From Eledone cirrhosa (Eukaryota), in the NCBI GenBank assembly GCA_964016885.1, contig OZ024742.1, positions 194,742,001-194,806,000 on the forward strand: a stretch of 64,000 nt of DNA, written 5' to 3'. The notes below the pieces were generated by a model that had not been told where the DNA came from, searched no databases, and saw nothing but the letters and a program-made list of their open reading frames with translations. Below are positions 1-14,710 of this stretch, one piece after another. Within the stretch, counting starts at the first letter, position 1. Every line of letters starts with the position of its first letter. A program made the position numbers and the translations under genes.

Positions 1-54
<54 letters not shown>

Positions 55-315
55 AAATTATAATCTGGTATCCCGCCATGTCGCATTCATATTCACCAAG
101 CTCCTCCGTTTCCTGGATATAGAATGATGTAATTTAATATGCACACAATCTGACTGAAATAGACAATAAAGACTGTGATGAGTTATGTATAGCTTTATTA
201 CAGACAACTGCCAAATTCATCTACACACCTACATACACAATTCTACACATACTCAAACACATACATATAATTATATGAGCGTATATGTGTGTGTGTATGT
301 ATATATATATATATA

Positions 316-648
316 ATATATAAGATCAAAAGATGGTTAATAGAGTTCAATGTATTTTATTATGCGCATTTCAAAACCAAATATCATCATGCAATAACAT
401 TTGTGTTTTCATCAGATAAAATAGGAAGACATGATATGAAGGTTAAAAAACACTTGTGAATAGTGCTGTTTTAAATCAACATATTACTATTCACTGCACT
501 ATTCACAAGTGTTTTTTAACCTTCATATCATGTCTTCTTATTTTATCTGATGAAAACACAAATGTTATTGCATGATGATATTTGTTTTTGAAATGCGCAT
601 AATAAAATACATAGAACTCTTTTAACCATCTTTTGATCTTATATATTA
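316..648. repeat. Fold-back element (~150-bp inverted arms, 316-466 / 496-648), probable Penelope-like pLTR relic
   Basis: Arms are near-perfect reverse complements (tataagatcaaaagatgg...gtgaatagtgc / gcactattcac...ttttgatcttata), flanked by TA repeats; each arm holds a hammerhead motif. Confidence 0.85.
539..609 (+). ncRNA. Type I hammerhead ribozyme motif (mirror copy on - at ~353-423)
   Basis: tattttat-CTGATGA-stem II (aaacacaaatgttat...gatatttgttttt)-GAAA-tgcgca-TA-ataaaata; stem I pairs, stem III palindrome ATGCGCAT. Confidence 0.8.
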
Positions 649-1135
649 TGTATACTCCAGTCCTATAAACTGTAGAGTGCTTCTTATCCGATATCTGCAT
701 TGCTTTATTGTACTACAATAAAACTCCCCTCCTACATATATATATATATATATATATTAATATACATATATATATATATTATAAAGCTGACGGCCGTATG
801 TATGTAACAAACTTTTCGCCAAACGGCTAGACCAAACAGCACCACATTTGCACCATAGATGTATATTTTTCCAAGTAAGTGAGGGTATTTTTGTCTACTA
901 AATTTGGTTAAAAGATTAAAGATATTTTATTGTTTATTTAAATATTCACTTCTTTAAAATTTTCAAATATCAGCACTTCCGGTTAGCGATCTCTCTCTTT
1001 CTTAGTCTGTCTTTTTAGATACATACATAGCTATAACCACGCGCCCTTATAATATATGTCTGTATGTCTGCCTGTCTGAATTACGAAAACCATTCTGTAC
1101 ATTGACTTCGTTATCTCTGTGTGTGTGTATGTATA

Positions 1136-1206
<71 letters not shown>

Positions 1207-1531
1207 TTAGTATCATACTTAAGATTACATCTTATTACAGCATTCCTTTATACGTATATATATACATACATAAACATGTTATTTACAGTTGTATAAAAAG
1301 GAAGTATAATTACTTCTACATTTGGAACAAGGCCAGCAATTATTCCAGTACATTAGTGGTACTTTATTATATATAATATATATAATACGACATTCCTCTC
1401 TCTTTCTTACTCTGTCTTTTTAGATAGATACATAGCTATAATGTCGCACGCTTATAATATCTGTCTGTATGTCTGCCTGTCTGCAGTGACTTCGCTTCTA
1501 ACGAACTTTTAATTCATTATATATATATAAG

Positions 1532-1722
1532 AGGGCGGTGGATTGGCAGTATCGGTGGAGGGTCGGAGGCCATGCTTTGCAGCACAGTTACGTCCCTTTA
1601 CGGACTGAGTTCAAATCCAGCCAAGGTTAACTTTGCCTTTCATCCTTACGGGGTCGATAAAATAAAGTACCAGTAATACACTGGGATAATTGCTGGCCTT
1701 GTGCCAAAAGTGGAACCAATTA
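1532..1722 (+). mobile_element. tRNA-derived SINE, family A (full length)
   Basis: A-box-like TGGCAGTATCGG, B-box GAGTTCAAATCC, conserved core ctttgcctttcatccttacggggtcgataaaataaagtaccag, AATTAT tail; about 10 copies in the window. Confidence 0.85.
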
Positions 1723-1749
1723 TATATATATAATTATATATTCGTGTTT

Positions 1750-2240
1750 ATATTTTCAACAGTAATACTATACTATACTATATATGTTCAACAGTAATAC
1801 TGTACTATACTATATATTTTCAACAGTAATACTCTACTATACTATATATTTTCAACAGTAATACTATACTATACTATATATGTTCAACAGTAATACTGTA
1901 CTATACTATATATTTTCAACGGTAATACTGTACTATATATTTTCAACAGTAATACTGTACTATATATTTTCACCAGTAATACTATACTATATATTTTCAA
2001 CAGTAATACTGTACTATATATTTTCAACAGTAATACTATACCATATATGTTCAACAATTATAGTATACTGTATATTTTCAACAGTAATATTATACTATAT
2101 ATTTTCAATAGTAATACTATACTATACATTTTCAACAGTAATACTATACTATACTATATATTTTCAACAGTAATACTGTTCTGTACTATATATTTTCAAC
2201 AGTGATACTATACTATATATTTTCAACAGTAATACTATAC
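1750..2240. repeat. Minisatellite, 26-31-bp unit (tatattttcaacagtaatactatac(tatac))
   Basis: Roughly 17 tandem units visible. Confidence 0.95.
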
Positions 2241-2415
2241 CACACAGACGGCTTATCGTCTGTTTATCCAAGCGAAGCTAGGTACGTCAGCTATATATAT
2301 ATATATAGAGAGAGAGAGAGATTTTGAGTTTATGTTGGTTGTATACCACACCTCAGTATGCAGGCTGGAGCACTCGACGAAGTGCGCAGGTTGGTTTGGT
2401 TACTCCGGAGTAGTG

Positions 2416-2593
2416 TAAAATAAAGTTAAATAAAAGTCAAAGGATTAAAATTTAGCTTCGTTTATTACTGCTATATATATTTCAGTGACAGCCATCTTTG
2501 GCTGTGACCTCTTCAGGCAAAGATGGCTGTCACTAAAATATATATAGCAGTAATAAACGAAGCTAAATTTTAATCATTTGACTTTTATTTAAC

Positions 2594-2603
<10 letters not shown>
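2416..2603. repeat. Fold-back element (arms ~2416-2499 / 2518-2603) with hammerhead on - strand (2467-2520)
   Basis: Reverse strand reads tgc-CTGAAGA-ggtcacagccaaagatggctgtcact-GAAA-tatata-TA-gca; inserted between (GA)n/(TA)n. Confidence 0.8.
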
Positions 2604-2659
<56 letters not shown>

Positions 2660-2837
2660 ATGCCGTAGAACACGTCAATAGTAGCCAGGCGCCAGTCGGA
2701 CGGGCCAGTTAGTAAGATTATAAGTTTGAAGAAAAGGCAGATAAAATTTACCTAATTTTTCTTCTTAGTCCGGAAAAATTAACTAAATAAATAATCAATT
2801 AAATGGAGCTAAGTTTAAAATGTAAGTTTGAATAAAT

Positions 2838-3025
2838 AATTGTTTCTACTTTTGGCACAAGGCCATCAATTACCCAGTGCATTACTGGTACTTTATTTTA
2901 TCGACCCCGTAAGGATGAAAGGCAAAGTTAACCTCGGTGGGATTTGAACTCAGACCGCAAAGGGACGTAACTATGCCGGAAAGCATGGCGTCCGACCCTC
3001 TACCGATACTGCCAAGCCACCACCC
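2838..3025 (-). mobile_element. SINE family A with 19-bp TSD
   Basis: Reverse complement of the 1532-1722 family; gtaagtttgaataaataat duplicated at 2822-2840 and 3026-3044. Confidence 0.9.
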
Positions 3026-3462
3026 GTAAGTTTGAATAAATAATATATACATTTTTTACCGATATTGCTCTAGCCCCGACAGCCGGCAGTTTCGCTGGTG
3101 CTATGTGGAAATGCAAGATCGCTGCACATGCACATTATCCATAAGGCATTAAGATTATCAAGAGATTTCCTCAATTAAGACCAATTTTTCTCTAAAGCGA
3201 TCGCCATACAAAGGACTAGTGCCTGAAACGTTAAGACAATATTAATAATATATTTCTTCGTTGTACTGTTTATAACATGATCAAGTATATATATAGAGAG
3301 AGAATGATAAGGCAGTTGATGTATCTGAATGCAGCAGGACTTTATTTTAAAGGATGTCATATATGAAGCAACACGAGTTCATTACATACATTCATGCATA
3401 CATACATATCACATATAGACACAAATATATATATATACATATATGTATTCATTTTATGGTTG

Positions 3463-3501
<39 letters not shown>

Positions 3502-3549
3502 ATGTGTGCGCGCGCATGCGTGTATATATATATATATATATATATATAA

Positions 3550-4466
<917 letters not shown>

Positions 4467-4769
4467 TTCTCCGACATTATTGGCTCATTGTCTTATATAT
4501 AATGGGTCTTTACGCCCTTTCTGTCTGCAATACCGAATTCCACTTAGAAAAGTGTTAATGTTATACATAAGCATATTGTGTCAACTATATTTTACAGACA
4601 TAAGTTACATATTAAAAACAAAGATTTAAACAAAATTGAGTAATGGAAAATGGGGGAAGTGGTAACGAAGGACAGATCTGGTTGTATAGGAAAGGAAAGG
4701 AAAAGACTATAAATGCTATAAATAAGAAGAAAACGAGGGAAAGAGCAATGACTAATAGGCAACGGAAGA

Positions 4770-5102
4770 AAGAGAGGGGGAAGGGATAGGGTGCAGACGC
4801 TTCGGCTGTAACCCCAAGGAAAACACTGCAAAGTCCTTTACGTGGATGATGGCCAGCGACACTGATTGCGACAACTACCCCTTCTCGAGGGCCTCCTTCC
4901 TCAGACGGGCTGCTGAACATCAAGATGGGGTAGAAAGTATTTACCCAAGGTTCCATGCAGTAAGATCGCACACAACCATGAATACACGTTTGACGTCTCT
5001 GCCCCCACGACCCTCACAAGAAGAAGAAGAAGAAGAAGAAGAAGAAGAAGAAGAAGAAGAAGAAGAAGAAGAAGAAGAAGAAGAAGAAGAAGAAGAAGAA
5101 GA
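4770..5102 (+). mobile_element. Probable short retroposon with (GAA)n tail (5018-5102)
   Basis: GC-richer island ending gcccccacgaccctcac followed directly by a pure (GAA)n run; family not identified. Confidence 0.4.
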
Positions 5103-6119
5103 TTTCTTTTCGGTCATAACAATGTTTTCTTAAATACTATTTTTTATGTTTTTATTTCTTTTGTGAGATATGTATCTTATATGTGCATCAGATTCAGCAT
5201 ACTTATGTTTATCTTACGAGAAGACTCTTTCCAATACCAACCCCCGTGAAACTGCCTCAGGTTCTACGATGCAGACACGGTTTTTATTATGTTTCTATAT
5301 TTATCTAAAAATATTTTGTCATACGTTGATGTAGGAATGTTTTTTGATTTTTTTAAAAGTTACTAAACACCGACTTAATGAAATACATATATTATTAAAT
5401 CCTGGAATTTCTTTATTATTTTCATTAGAAATATAATGAATGTGTTTCCAACTTATAAATGCAAATATTGTTTAATGTTTTGTTTGTTTGATTGTTCATT
5501 TGTTTTAATTTTCATTTAAATTATTATTTTTAGAACATAGCATCAATTATATTATTAGATTGCAGACTAATGACTTTGGTTGATTTATATTAGAATGTCA
5601 GATTTTTTACGCAGTTCTGAGTTATATATTTGGTTTTCTACTTAAACTTGTGTATATTTTCTCGGTGGACTGAGAAGAATTCCCCGTTTATTTTGAGAAA
5701 GGATATTACCAACAACATGTTATGAATAAATCTTCAGATCAAACATTACCGAGGATTTAGAATATGGACTCTTCACCACTCACTCGCCCCTAGGATTATA
5801 CAAAATAAATCAATAAACAAATCAGTAAATAAATTAAAGAATAAATACATAGGAATAATTGAACAAGTTGCATTTTATTGTATTTTATTTAGTTTCATTT
5901 CTTATATAAAAGTCAGGTTTTGACACAAGAGTTCAATCTACACACTGTGTATTCGCATCAGCCCTACGTGTCGATATTGATCACGTTAGGGAGTCCATGA
6001 GTTAAACCATAAATATATCAGTTTTTCGTGAGTTTTTTAATATGAACCTTATGAATATATAAACATATTTTATGAAATTTCAAAGAAGCTAACAATCTAT
6101 TATTTGTTATATCTTTCAG

Positions 6120-6504
6120 ACAGTGTCAGTTGCAGTTTCGGTGTTAACACTTAGTGCCATATCTATTGAGCGCTGGTATGCCATTTGTCACCCACTTTCT
6201 TTCAAGAGTACCGCATCGCGGGCCCGTAACATCATTCTTACGATCTGGCTGTTGTCCGCGTGCGTGGCTTCTCCTGATCTGGTGACAGCACGAATCTACC
6301 GAAGCCTTCCAGCGAGATACAACCAGGTGAAATGGTTGGTATCCTGTCGACCAAGCTGGACCCAAAGATCCCAGTTCATATATCAGATGTTTTTATTCAA
6401 CGGACTCTACGTCCTACCGTTTTGTCTAATGGCTTTCACTTACACCCGAATCACTCTCGTTTTGTGGCGTGAAGATATACCCGGAGTCAATGAGACCGCT
6501 GGAG
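6120..6504 (+). CDS. Internal coding exon (TM3-ICL2-TM4-ECL2-TM5) of an orexin/allatotropin-receptor-like class A GPCR
   Basis: Acceptor ttatatctttcag|ACA at 6119/6120, donor GAG|gtgaga at 6504/6505; TVSVAVSVLTLSAISIERWYAICHPL matches the orexin/allatotropin receptor TM3 signature (xRWYAICHPL); ECL2 Cys (CRPSW); TM5 ...LYVLPFCLMAFTYTRITLVLW. Confidence 0.9.
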
Positions 6505-7097
6505 GTGAGACTAATATATTTATACTTCAAATTTCCTCTAATTAACGAAATCATTGTGATATTATTGATTAGGATAATGCTAAATAATTAATTGATTAAT
6601 TAATCTTCAAACGACACCTCTGGCTGAATCATATACTGTAAATATTAATTTGCATTCTTCAAGTGATCTATTATCTACATACTTTAAATGTAAAGTATGA
6701 CACATATATAGTAGGCGCCGTCATAGCCTATGGCTGTTCAAATGCTTTTAATCTTATTTTAAAATGAAATAATATTGTTGGTGAAATTTTCAGTGTGTGT
6801 TGGCATGAATAAATAACAAGGAGAGTGATAGGTATCGTTCTATTTTGGTATGTTTAAATGGAATTTGTACATAATTAGAAGCTTCTTGATATATGCTTTT
6901 AGACAGCTAATTGGGCATGCTACACTTCAAGTTCTGTGAATGAGATATTTTATTTACCAAAAAGAACTTTCACATGTATACATCGATAGATATATACATA
7001 CAGGCATACACACACGCATACACACACACATGCATATATATAATACGTATCTATGTATATATGAATGCATACAAGTATATGTATATATCTATATATT

Positions 7098-7146
<49 letters not shown>

Positions 7147-7861
7147 ATATATTATTAGGGTAAACATTGATGCAATTCAATTCAAGCACTCAACGTGCTT
7201 TTTCCACATAGGAGTGACGGAGTAAATATCGAATAAGGAAAAGCGAAGTAGTTTCAGATGTTCAAGTCCTTTAATAATAATGCTGTGATATATATTTCAA
7301 TGGCGACATTGGCCACACTGTTCTGTGTGCGCGTGTCGTGACATCATCAGACAGCTTGTTACATAATAAGGTTATGTTTTCGAGGCAATCCAAATTGAAT
7401 CGACGTGGGAACGGATGAAATGCGTGCTTTTGGGTTTCTCACCCGTTCCCCTGTGAGTACCAATTCACCCCCACCGGTCTGCGCATGCGCATGTCCGAAG
7501 GAAGTTGACCATTAGCTACCGCAGATTTCAACGAAAATCGCTTAGTCAGTTCACCCTCTCAGATTAATAGGTGAAATATATTTCTTACTTAAAGAAATAT
7601 ATACAAAGGAGATTAATCATTTTAACAGGTATCTATATTTGAAGTTCTAGTCCAACTTTAATTAGTTACCTACCTAGCTATGTGTGTCTACATTCTTTAC
7701 AAATTATTACCTGTGATTGTTTCATGTATTTTATATATATATATATGTCAATCTATTTCTAGTTGATATGCTCGGATCTAATCTTTGAGCTTATTCTACG
7801 GTGGATATGGTGCATGTCTCTCAGACATGAAAACCCTTAATTTTAATTTTGGATCAATCTT

Positions 7862-7915
<54 letters not shown>

Positions 7916-7919
<4 letters not shown>

Positions 7920-9117
7920 AAGATTGAAGAATAACATGGTCGGTTGTACAAAAAGGGTTTTATTTCAAGTATTAACAATTATTTCATTGATCAGGTGAGT
8001 CTAAAGGCCGCTAATCACTCGAAGTTGCGTCACTCGACCTTAAATACAGTGTTTACCTCTGATCAGATCATCGGAATACTGGAGATTTACATATGGCATT
8101 GGTAAATATAGAGATACAACGGAGAATCAAAACAATAACATCAATAATAAAAGATAATGATAAAGAGGTAAAGAAGATAGAATGAAGATGGTACAGATGT
8201 AAAAAATAAGTAAAAAAATAATAAGTACAGAATGTGATTGCTGATAATAGTGGTGGTAGTGAATAAGTGTATGTGTAAAGATAATACTAGTGGAGGCACG
8301 TGGCCTAGTGGTAAGTGTGTTGGACTTACGATCATAATGCCGTGGGTTCGATTCCTGGGTTGCTTGTTGTGTTCTTGAGCAAAACACTTCATTTCACGTT
8401 GCTCCTCTATACTCAGCTGAAAATGAGTACCAGCAATAGCTGGAGTTTAACCCTGCGATGTACTGGCGTCCTGTCCAGGGAGGAGTCTTTTTCTATCAGT
8501 CGCTTCACGCCATGAAATCCGTATAAGCACCGGCCAAATGAGCCTTCTGGCTTAAGACAGACTTTAGACTTTTAGAAAGATAATACTAACACGAAAAGCA
8601 ACATCAAATACATACATATATACGTGGTGGTCAAATCTCAGAGCGTTAGAGTAGAAAATAAAAAATAGTAACAAATGACAGATAAAATGATACAAAATGA
8701 GAGGGAATGAGATACGAGGATGAGCCATAATGGGTAAGGCTAAGGATGGAGAAGGAGTAGATAGGTAGATAGCGGTTAAGAATTGAGATGGAGAGTGTTG
8801 ATATATGTGTGTGTGGAAAATGTCCAGCAGGCTGATTGTCTTATCATAATGGGGTTGATGTGGCTTTAGGGAGAGAGACTGAAAGAGAGGTTAGGAGGTC
8901 TATGATGTTGGTCAGTTGACAGCTAATAACAGTGGGGTGGTATGTAGTTAGTACATTAAAATCCGGGTGGTTCAGTTCGAATTTTGAGATTGCTAGATCG
9001 AATCATATTGGTTTGAAATTTGCGAACTCGGTAGCTACTTTATGACTACAGAAAATAATACAGAGTACTCACAACTTCTAACTGGATTACCTATAACGAT
9101 AACTTGTTATCCAATAT
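7916..9117 (-). mobile_element. Penelope-like pLTR/3' region relic (same family as 23853-26338), degenerate hammerhead at 7969-8079
   Basis: Colinear similarity with 24005-24860; 9061-9113 is the reverse complement of 23853-23903; core CCGATGA...GAAATAATTGTT. Confidence 0.7.
8292..8575 (+). mobile_element. tRNA-derived SINE, family B, 13-bp TSD
   Basis: A box TGGCCTAGTGG, B box GGTTCGATTCC, CORE-like tgtgttcttgagcaaaacactt, (AGACTTT) tail; aaagataatacta at 8277-8289 and 8576-8588. Confidence 0.85.
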
Positions 9118-9126
9118 ATATTTATA

Positions 9127-9176
<50 letters not shown>

Positions 9177-9177
<1 letters not shown>

Positions 9178-9368
9178 GAGGGCAATCCCAAAAGTAAGGT
9201 CTCCTTTCGATATTGCAACCTCCGATATTGCAACTTTTTCCGTTAAAATCCTGTGGATGGTGCTTCGGGAAACCTCAGGAACCAAAATACAGAGAGCATC
9301 CAGAGTGATAGGCCGATCTTTACGTATGTTTTCCTCGGAAAGAGACCTTTCTTTTGGGATTGCCCTCG
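9177..9368 (-). mobile_element. Mariner-type internally deleted element (MITE)
   Basis: TIRs cgagggcaatcccaaaag(t)aaggtctc, TA flanks; internal remnant IRKDRPITLDALCILVPEVSRSTIHRILTE resembles the mariner transposase HTH. Confidence 0.85.
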
Positions 9369-9474
9369 TATATAATAACTGCGCGAAATTCGCATATGCC
9401 GAATAAGTTACGAAGATAAACCTGCGACTTTGTGTAAAATGTCGACCATACTTAAATATGGAATGATACTCGAT

Positions 9475-9570
9475 GACCCCCCGCCCCCCAGCCTCGTCTG
9501 ACATAATGGAGAAGGCGTTTCCTCGGAGGATGGCAAGGGAGACGCGCTGGAAAAGCCACTCCAACTCACT
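9475..9570 (-). mobile_element. 3' fragment of CRE-clade-like non-LTR retrotransposon
   Basis: EWLFQRVSLAILRGNAFSI, homologous to 28660-28715. Confidence 0.7.
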
Positions 9571-9694
9571 TCAATCCCCTATAATTTAATGAGCTCAAGG
9601 ATTAGATTCCGGGCTCTTTATAAGACAGTTTATACAGAAAAATACACAAAGAGGTATGTGTTCAATTATACATCTTTTTCTATATATACTACCT

Positions 9695-9738
<44 letters not shown>

Positions 9739-9861
9739 CATGTATATATGTGTGTGTGTGTTTGCATAAATACATGTGTGTATATGTATGTGTGTATATG
9801 TATGTGTGTATATGTATGTGTGTATATGTTTGTGTCATTAAGAGAGAGCGGGGGGACAGAG

Positions 9862-9901
<40 letters not shown>

Positions 9902-10219
9902 GATGGCGAGAGACGTTAATCTACTGTATTAGACACTTATAACAATGATCTTCTATAACAGAATCACAAAACAAAAGAAATATCAAGGACGCAGCTGATA
10001 TATAGTCTACATGTGCCTTGTTTAGTTTTCCACAATTAGAAATAATTTACTTATAATGCTTCCAGTACATTCAAAATATAATACATTCTTACGTTAAATG
10101 AATAGATCTAGCAATTAAGTCTGTAGTTGTCTTTTGATTGAAATGTCATCTCCAAATCATGAAAATATTTCCTCGTTTTATATGTGCGTCTTTGAATGCG
10201 CGTGACTTAATAGTTAGAG

Positions 10220-10382
10220 CAGGCATGAGCAAATTTTTTGAGCAGTGAGCCGCATAGGATGTGGCTCATCATAAGGCGGGCCGCACTTCTAATTAATAAA
10301 CGGCAATTTCGAAGTTAACCGTGCCATTCGGAAAGCTAAACGGACCGCATGTGTCTGGCGGACTGCAGTGTGCCCATGGTTG
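10220..10382. mobile_element. hAT (Charlie-like) MITE inserted in a degenerate SINE B (~10197-10610)
   Basis: Ends caggcatgagcaaa / tgcccatggttg; 8-bp TSD agttagag/agttagtg; related in inverted orientation to 27677-27965. Confidence 0.75.
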
Positions 10383-10966
10383 AGTTAGTGTGTTTACTTC
10401 ACGATGTTAATGTTGTTGAGTTAGATTACAAGAGTGGCGTAGTGCCCTGGTGCAAGATACTTTATTTCACAATGTTTCAGTTTCCTCCGCTGGCAAAAAT
10501 GATTTGAAACTATAATTCAAAATCTTGGCAGACTTGTCATATTGAAACTATCTGAGATCTACGCCAGGAGTACATGTTTATGATGAATATTCAACCACTT
10601 GCACTTTAGCTTACCGAGAAATCTGTTCTGTTGTTCGAACAATTGGGATCTTTGACGCTGAAAGCAGTGGTCTGTTGGCTTTTACATCCCTGTCTGTGTG
10701 TATTGCCATATCCAAAAAGAATGGTTACTTTGGCATTCACAGATACCTTTTCTGGTGTGTGTCTGTACCATTTTTTCTTTTGGTATTTCATTTCATAATG
10801 TTGGTATACATTCCAGTGTATGTGGGTCCATACTCTCTCATTTATGTGGATGTATTTCTTTTTGGCTATGACGGCAGCCAGAGATAAGGTGGCTAATTGT
10901 TTCTTCCCCACCTCCTCATAATCTGCAGTTACTTACTATGTTCGGCTACATTATGTATTTCTGTTG

Positions 10967-11072
10967 AAATCCCGCCGAGGTTAACTTTGCCTTTCATCCT
11001 TACGGCGTCGATAAAATAAAGTACCAGTAATGTACTGGGTAATTGCTGGCCTTGTGCCTAAAGTAGAAACAA
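10967..11072 (+). mobile_element. 5'-truncated SINE A with 18-bp TSD
   Basis: attatgtatttctgttga at ~10950 and ~11072. Confidence 0.85.
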
Positions 11073-11778
11073 TTATGTATTTCTGTTGATTTCTGGTCAA
11101 GAGGCTTTGGTATCGTGTTGCAATTAGAAATCCTCCCGTCTCAGTTTTTAGTCCAGCATCTTCTGTGTTTTAGTAGGGTTTCTCCACGAGTGACACTCGA
11201 AATATTCCTTTCTATTGGGGAATTTGTGTTTTCTTTAATTTATACATTTTTGCTATTACACTTTTTACGTGCAGAAAAGCCCACATTCAATCATCCTGTA
11301 ACATCCTTAATGTTTCCTTGATACGAGTACTATGTGGCTAATAAAGAAACAATTATTATTATTTGTAGTGATAATGGTATCAATGGTTGAAGGTATAAGT
11401 AGTTCAATGAAATAGCATTTAGTATTGAATATGAATAAAGCGAATAATTGTATTAACTCGTCTATAATCTCCTGTTATAAATAGCAATGAAGGAAATTGA
11501 AGAAGGGGAGGGGAAGGAAAATTAGATTATATTGATTAATACTTCATATAGCTTTTGAAGTTTTCTCCTGTAATTTACGATGGCAAGTTCTTATATATGC
11601 ATATATATATATATATTTATATATAGACGCGCGCACGCACACATACACACACGCATATATGTATACATATATCTATATATAAATATATATATATATGTAT
11701 ACATATATGAGTATGTGTATGTATATATATATATATATATATATGGGTATGTGTGTGTATATACACATATATAGGTAA

Positions 11779-11814
<36 letters not shown>

Positions 11815-11815
11815 G

Positions 11816-11894
<79 letters not shown>

Positions 11895-12167
11895 CGGCGA
11901 TGAATTAGTTTTGCGAAATATACCACCACTGACGCTGTTGCAGATGTGCAACAAAAGATTTATGATAAACTGTATATATGTGTTTGTGTCTATATTGTAT
12001 CTGTATTATTTTTGACCGTCGGTCAGTCAATGGCAACATTGAGGACCGAGTAAGTTAGATTACCGATATAAAAAACACAGAAGCGAAAAGCGGAAACCAC
12101 CCAAACAGTGAGTGTGTTCTGTTATTAATTCTGGCAATATTACACAAATATGACCCTCCCCAAGTAT

Positions 12168-12215
<48 letters not shown>

Positions 12216-12222
12216 CACACAT

Positions 12223-12264
<42 letters not shown>

Positions 12265-12538
12265 TACACAATTATCGAAGTTATGTTCAAATCATTCAAT
12301 CGCTGACAATCGTTTCTTCAAAACTTTCCTTTGCGGTTATCGGAGCATTATCAATGTTTGTACATATAATTTACCTCCTATTCAACTGAACAATCATATA
12401 GATACATATATATTGAGGTATTTCTCTTACTGGTAATAAGGTAGTAGGAAATTACTGATCTTTCCTGTTTATAGTTGTTTATAGTATATACATAACTATA
12501 AATATAGTATCATTATTATTATTATTGTATATACACAT

Positions 12539-12570
<32 letters not shown>

Positions 12571-12623
12571 ATTATCAGTGCACATTGAAAGTTTAAGCAG
12601 CTGTAACTCAGGATTTTGTTTTT

Positions 12624-12834
<211 letters not shown>

Positions 12835-12844
12835 AAGAAAAGTT

Positions 12845-13235
12845 TCGCTCTACATGGCTGAATACAATAAGTGTAATCTGAGTTTTTCGAATATTAATAA
12901 TAACATTGGATTCCTCTGCAATTATGCAAACAACCTTCAATGTTATATTCATGTCAGTAGGATGAGCACTTCATTCTTGCTCCTGTGTGGGCATTTGAAC
13001 AGAACTGCAGTTCTGTTCATTCGTCTGACATGGCTATAAAATTGAGGCTTTTTTTGCACAATTGCAGCCGAATCGAAACGTCCCTTTACGATCTGAGTTC
13101 AAATCCCGCCGAGGTTGACTTTGCCTTTCATCCTTACGGGGTCGATAAAATAAAGTACCAGTAATGCACTGGGTAATTGCTGGCCTTGTGCCTAAAGTAG
13201 AAACAAATTATTAATATTCGAAAAACTCAGATTAC

Positions 13236-13236
<1 letters not shown>
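12845..13236. mobile_element. Fold-back repeat with SINE A (~13078-13207, +) in the right arm
   Basis: tgtaatctgagtttttcgaatattaataa (12872) versus its reverse complement at 13208-13236; sister copy at 16905-17253. Confidence 0.75.
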
Positions 13237-13279
<43 letters not shown>

Positions 13280-13296
13280 ACATGTGCATATACATG

Positions 13297-13420
<124 letters not shown>

Positions 13421-13579
13421 TGTATATGCACATGTACACATATATACATAGACACACATATATACATATGTACGTATGGGTTTGTTCGATCCGTTTGTAA
13501 TAAACGGCCTGATTTGCAGCCGTGCCGTGCCGGCGACCGATCGGCACCTGTTTTCAACCGTTCACCAGACTGGTAGAGG

Positions 13580-13628
13580 TATACAGTCCTGATGAAGGGT
13601 AATAACCCAGAAACATGTTGCTTGTATA
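13580..13628 (+). ncRNA. Minimal type I hammerhead ribozyme motif
   Basis: tatacagtc-CTGATGA-agggtaataaccca-GAAA-catg-TT-gcttgtata; stem III palindrome ACATGT; stem I imperfect. Confidence 0.7.
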
Positions 13629-13672
13629 TATGTGTGTGCATGTATATATATATATATGTTTATATATATATG

Positions 13673-13703
<31 letters not shown>

Positions 13704-13725
13704 ATGTGTGCGTGTGTGCGCGCGC

Positions 13726-13816
<91 letters not shown>

Positions 13817-14225
13817 TGCGTGTGTACGTGTGCATACTCACATTTATGTATCAGCTGTGCTACAGCGAGAAATAAAATTTTAAATTTATTTATATATATA
13901 TGAATATATATGAATGTGTGTGAATATGAGTGTTTGTCTGAATATCTGTATATATATAAAGATGAAGTTTTCTCTGTGTGTGTGTATATGTGTGTGGACA
14001 ATTTTTAATGAGGGCTCATATATTCTAAACCATTCATGCGATTTCTTTGAAATTTTTTACAGAGCCTCTCCTTGCACAAAACCTGTACATGATCTACAAA
14101 GGCTTCAAAAATCGATATTGGGACCTTTGGAGACATTAAAAAAGTTTCGGTTATTTGTGTCAATTTTCCTGATTAAGTAAGACAAGAGTTATCTTTCGTC
14201 AATACAATAGGAACTCATTTTTGAT

Positions 14226-14710
14226 GACGTTGGCTGTTCTCGAGTTGGTAATCCTGACAACCTATTTATTTATGCTCCTGACGGGAAAACCAAAAATGTT
14301 GTGTATAAATCTGCTCTTCAATAATCCCAAAGACAATGAGTGCTCCCACCCAACATCCACCTCTTTTTATAACGATTTGCTCATCCATCAGTTCCCCCTG
14401 TTATGTCCAATCTGTATTGTTATTTCAACCTATGTATATAATAGTGTATATTATTAACTTCACTTCTCTATTTCATGATGCGCTTTTACTGTTGTCAAAA
14501 AAATGTATACCTAGACTGGATTTCTGTTGTTACATGGGATAAAAGAGGACACCGAGCTCACATATTAATTATTTCGCTGGAATAGTGCCTAAGGTTTTCA
14601 TGTTTACATAAAGTACGCTTTTCTTCTATGTATTCAAATTTACTTTGTTTAGTTTAATGAGCTACATCGAAAGCTACTTGAACCGTCCAAAGGATGGGTA
14701 CTTTAGCTAG
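14226..14710 (+). mobile_element. Helitron 3' end: RepHel helicase C-terminus, subterminal hairpin and CTAG
   Basis: 14226-14324 reads DVGCSRVGNPDNLFIYAPDGKTKNVVYKSALQ* (Pif1-type YVxxSRV...TKNVVY end); hairpin ccgtcc-aaa-ggatgg then ctag at 14707-14710. Confidence 0.8.

Larger units (their letters stand above)
775..2293 (+). mobile_element. Probable non-autonomous Helitron-like element containing a minisatellite and a SINE
   Basis: Starts tataaagctgacggccgtatgtatgtaac...ttcgccaaacggct and ends ccaagcgaagctaggtacgtcagcta; 945-990 is shared with the Helitron at 26535-26580; internal direct repeat 991-1078 / 1396-1483. Confidence 0.4.

Noticed and set aside
4846-5133. ORF with poly-Glu tract
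   Set aside because: Poly-E is a (GAA)n tail; no homology recognised
6505-6545. C-terminal tail of the 140-aa GPCR ORF
   Set aside because: Lies beyond the GT donor at 6505; intronic read-through
8292-8370. tRNA-like A/B boxes (also at 1532 and 22907)
   Set aside because: SINE heads with body, tail and TSD; no complete cloverleaf
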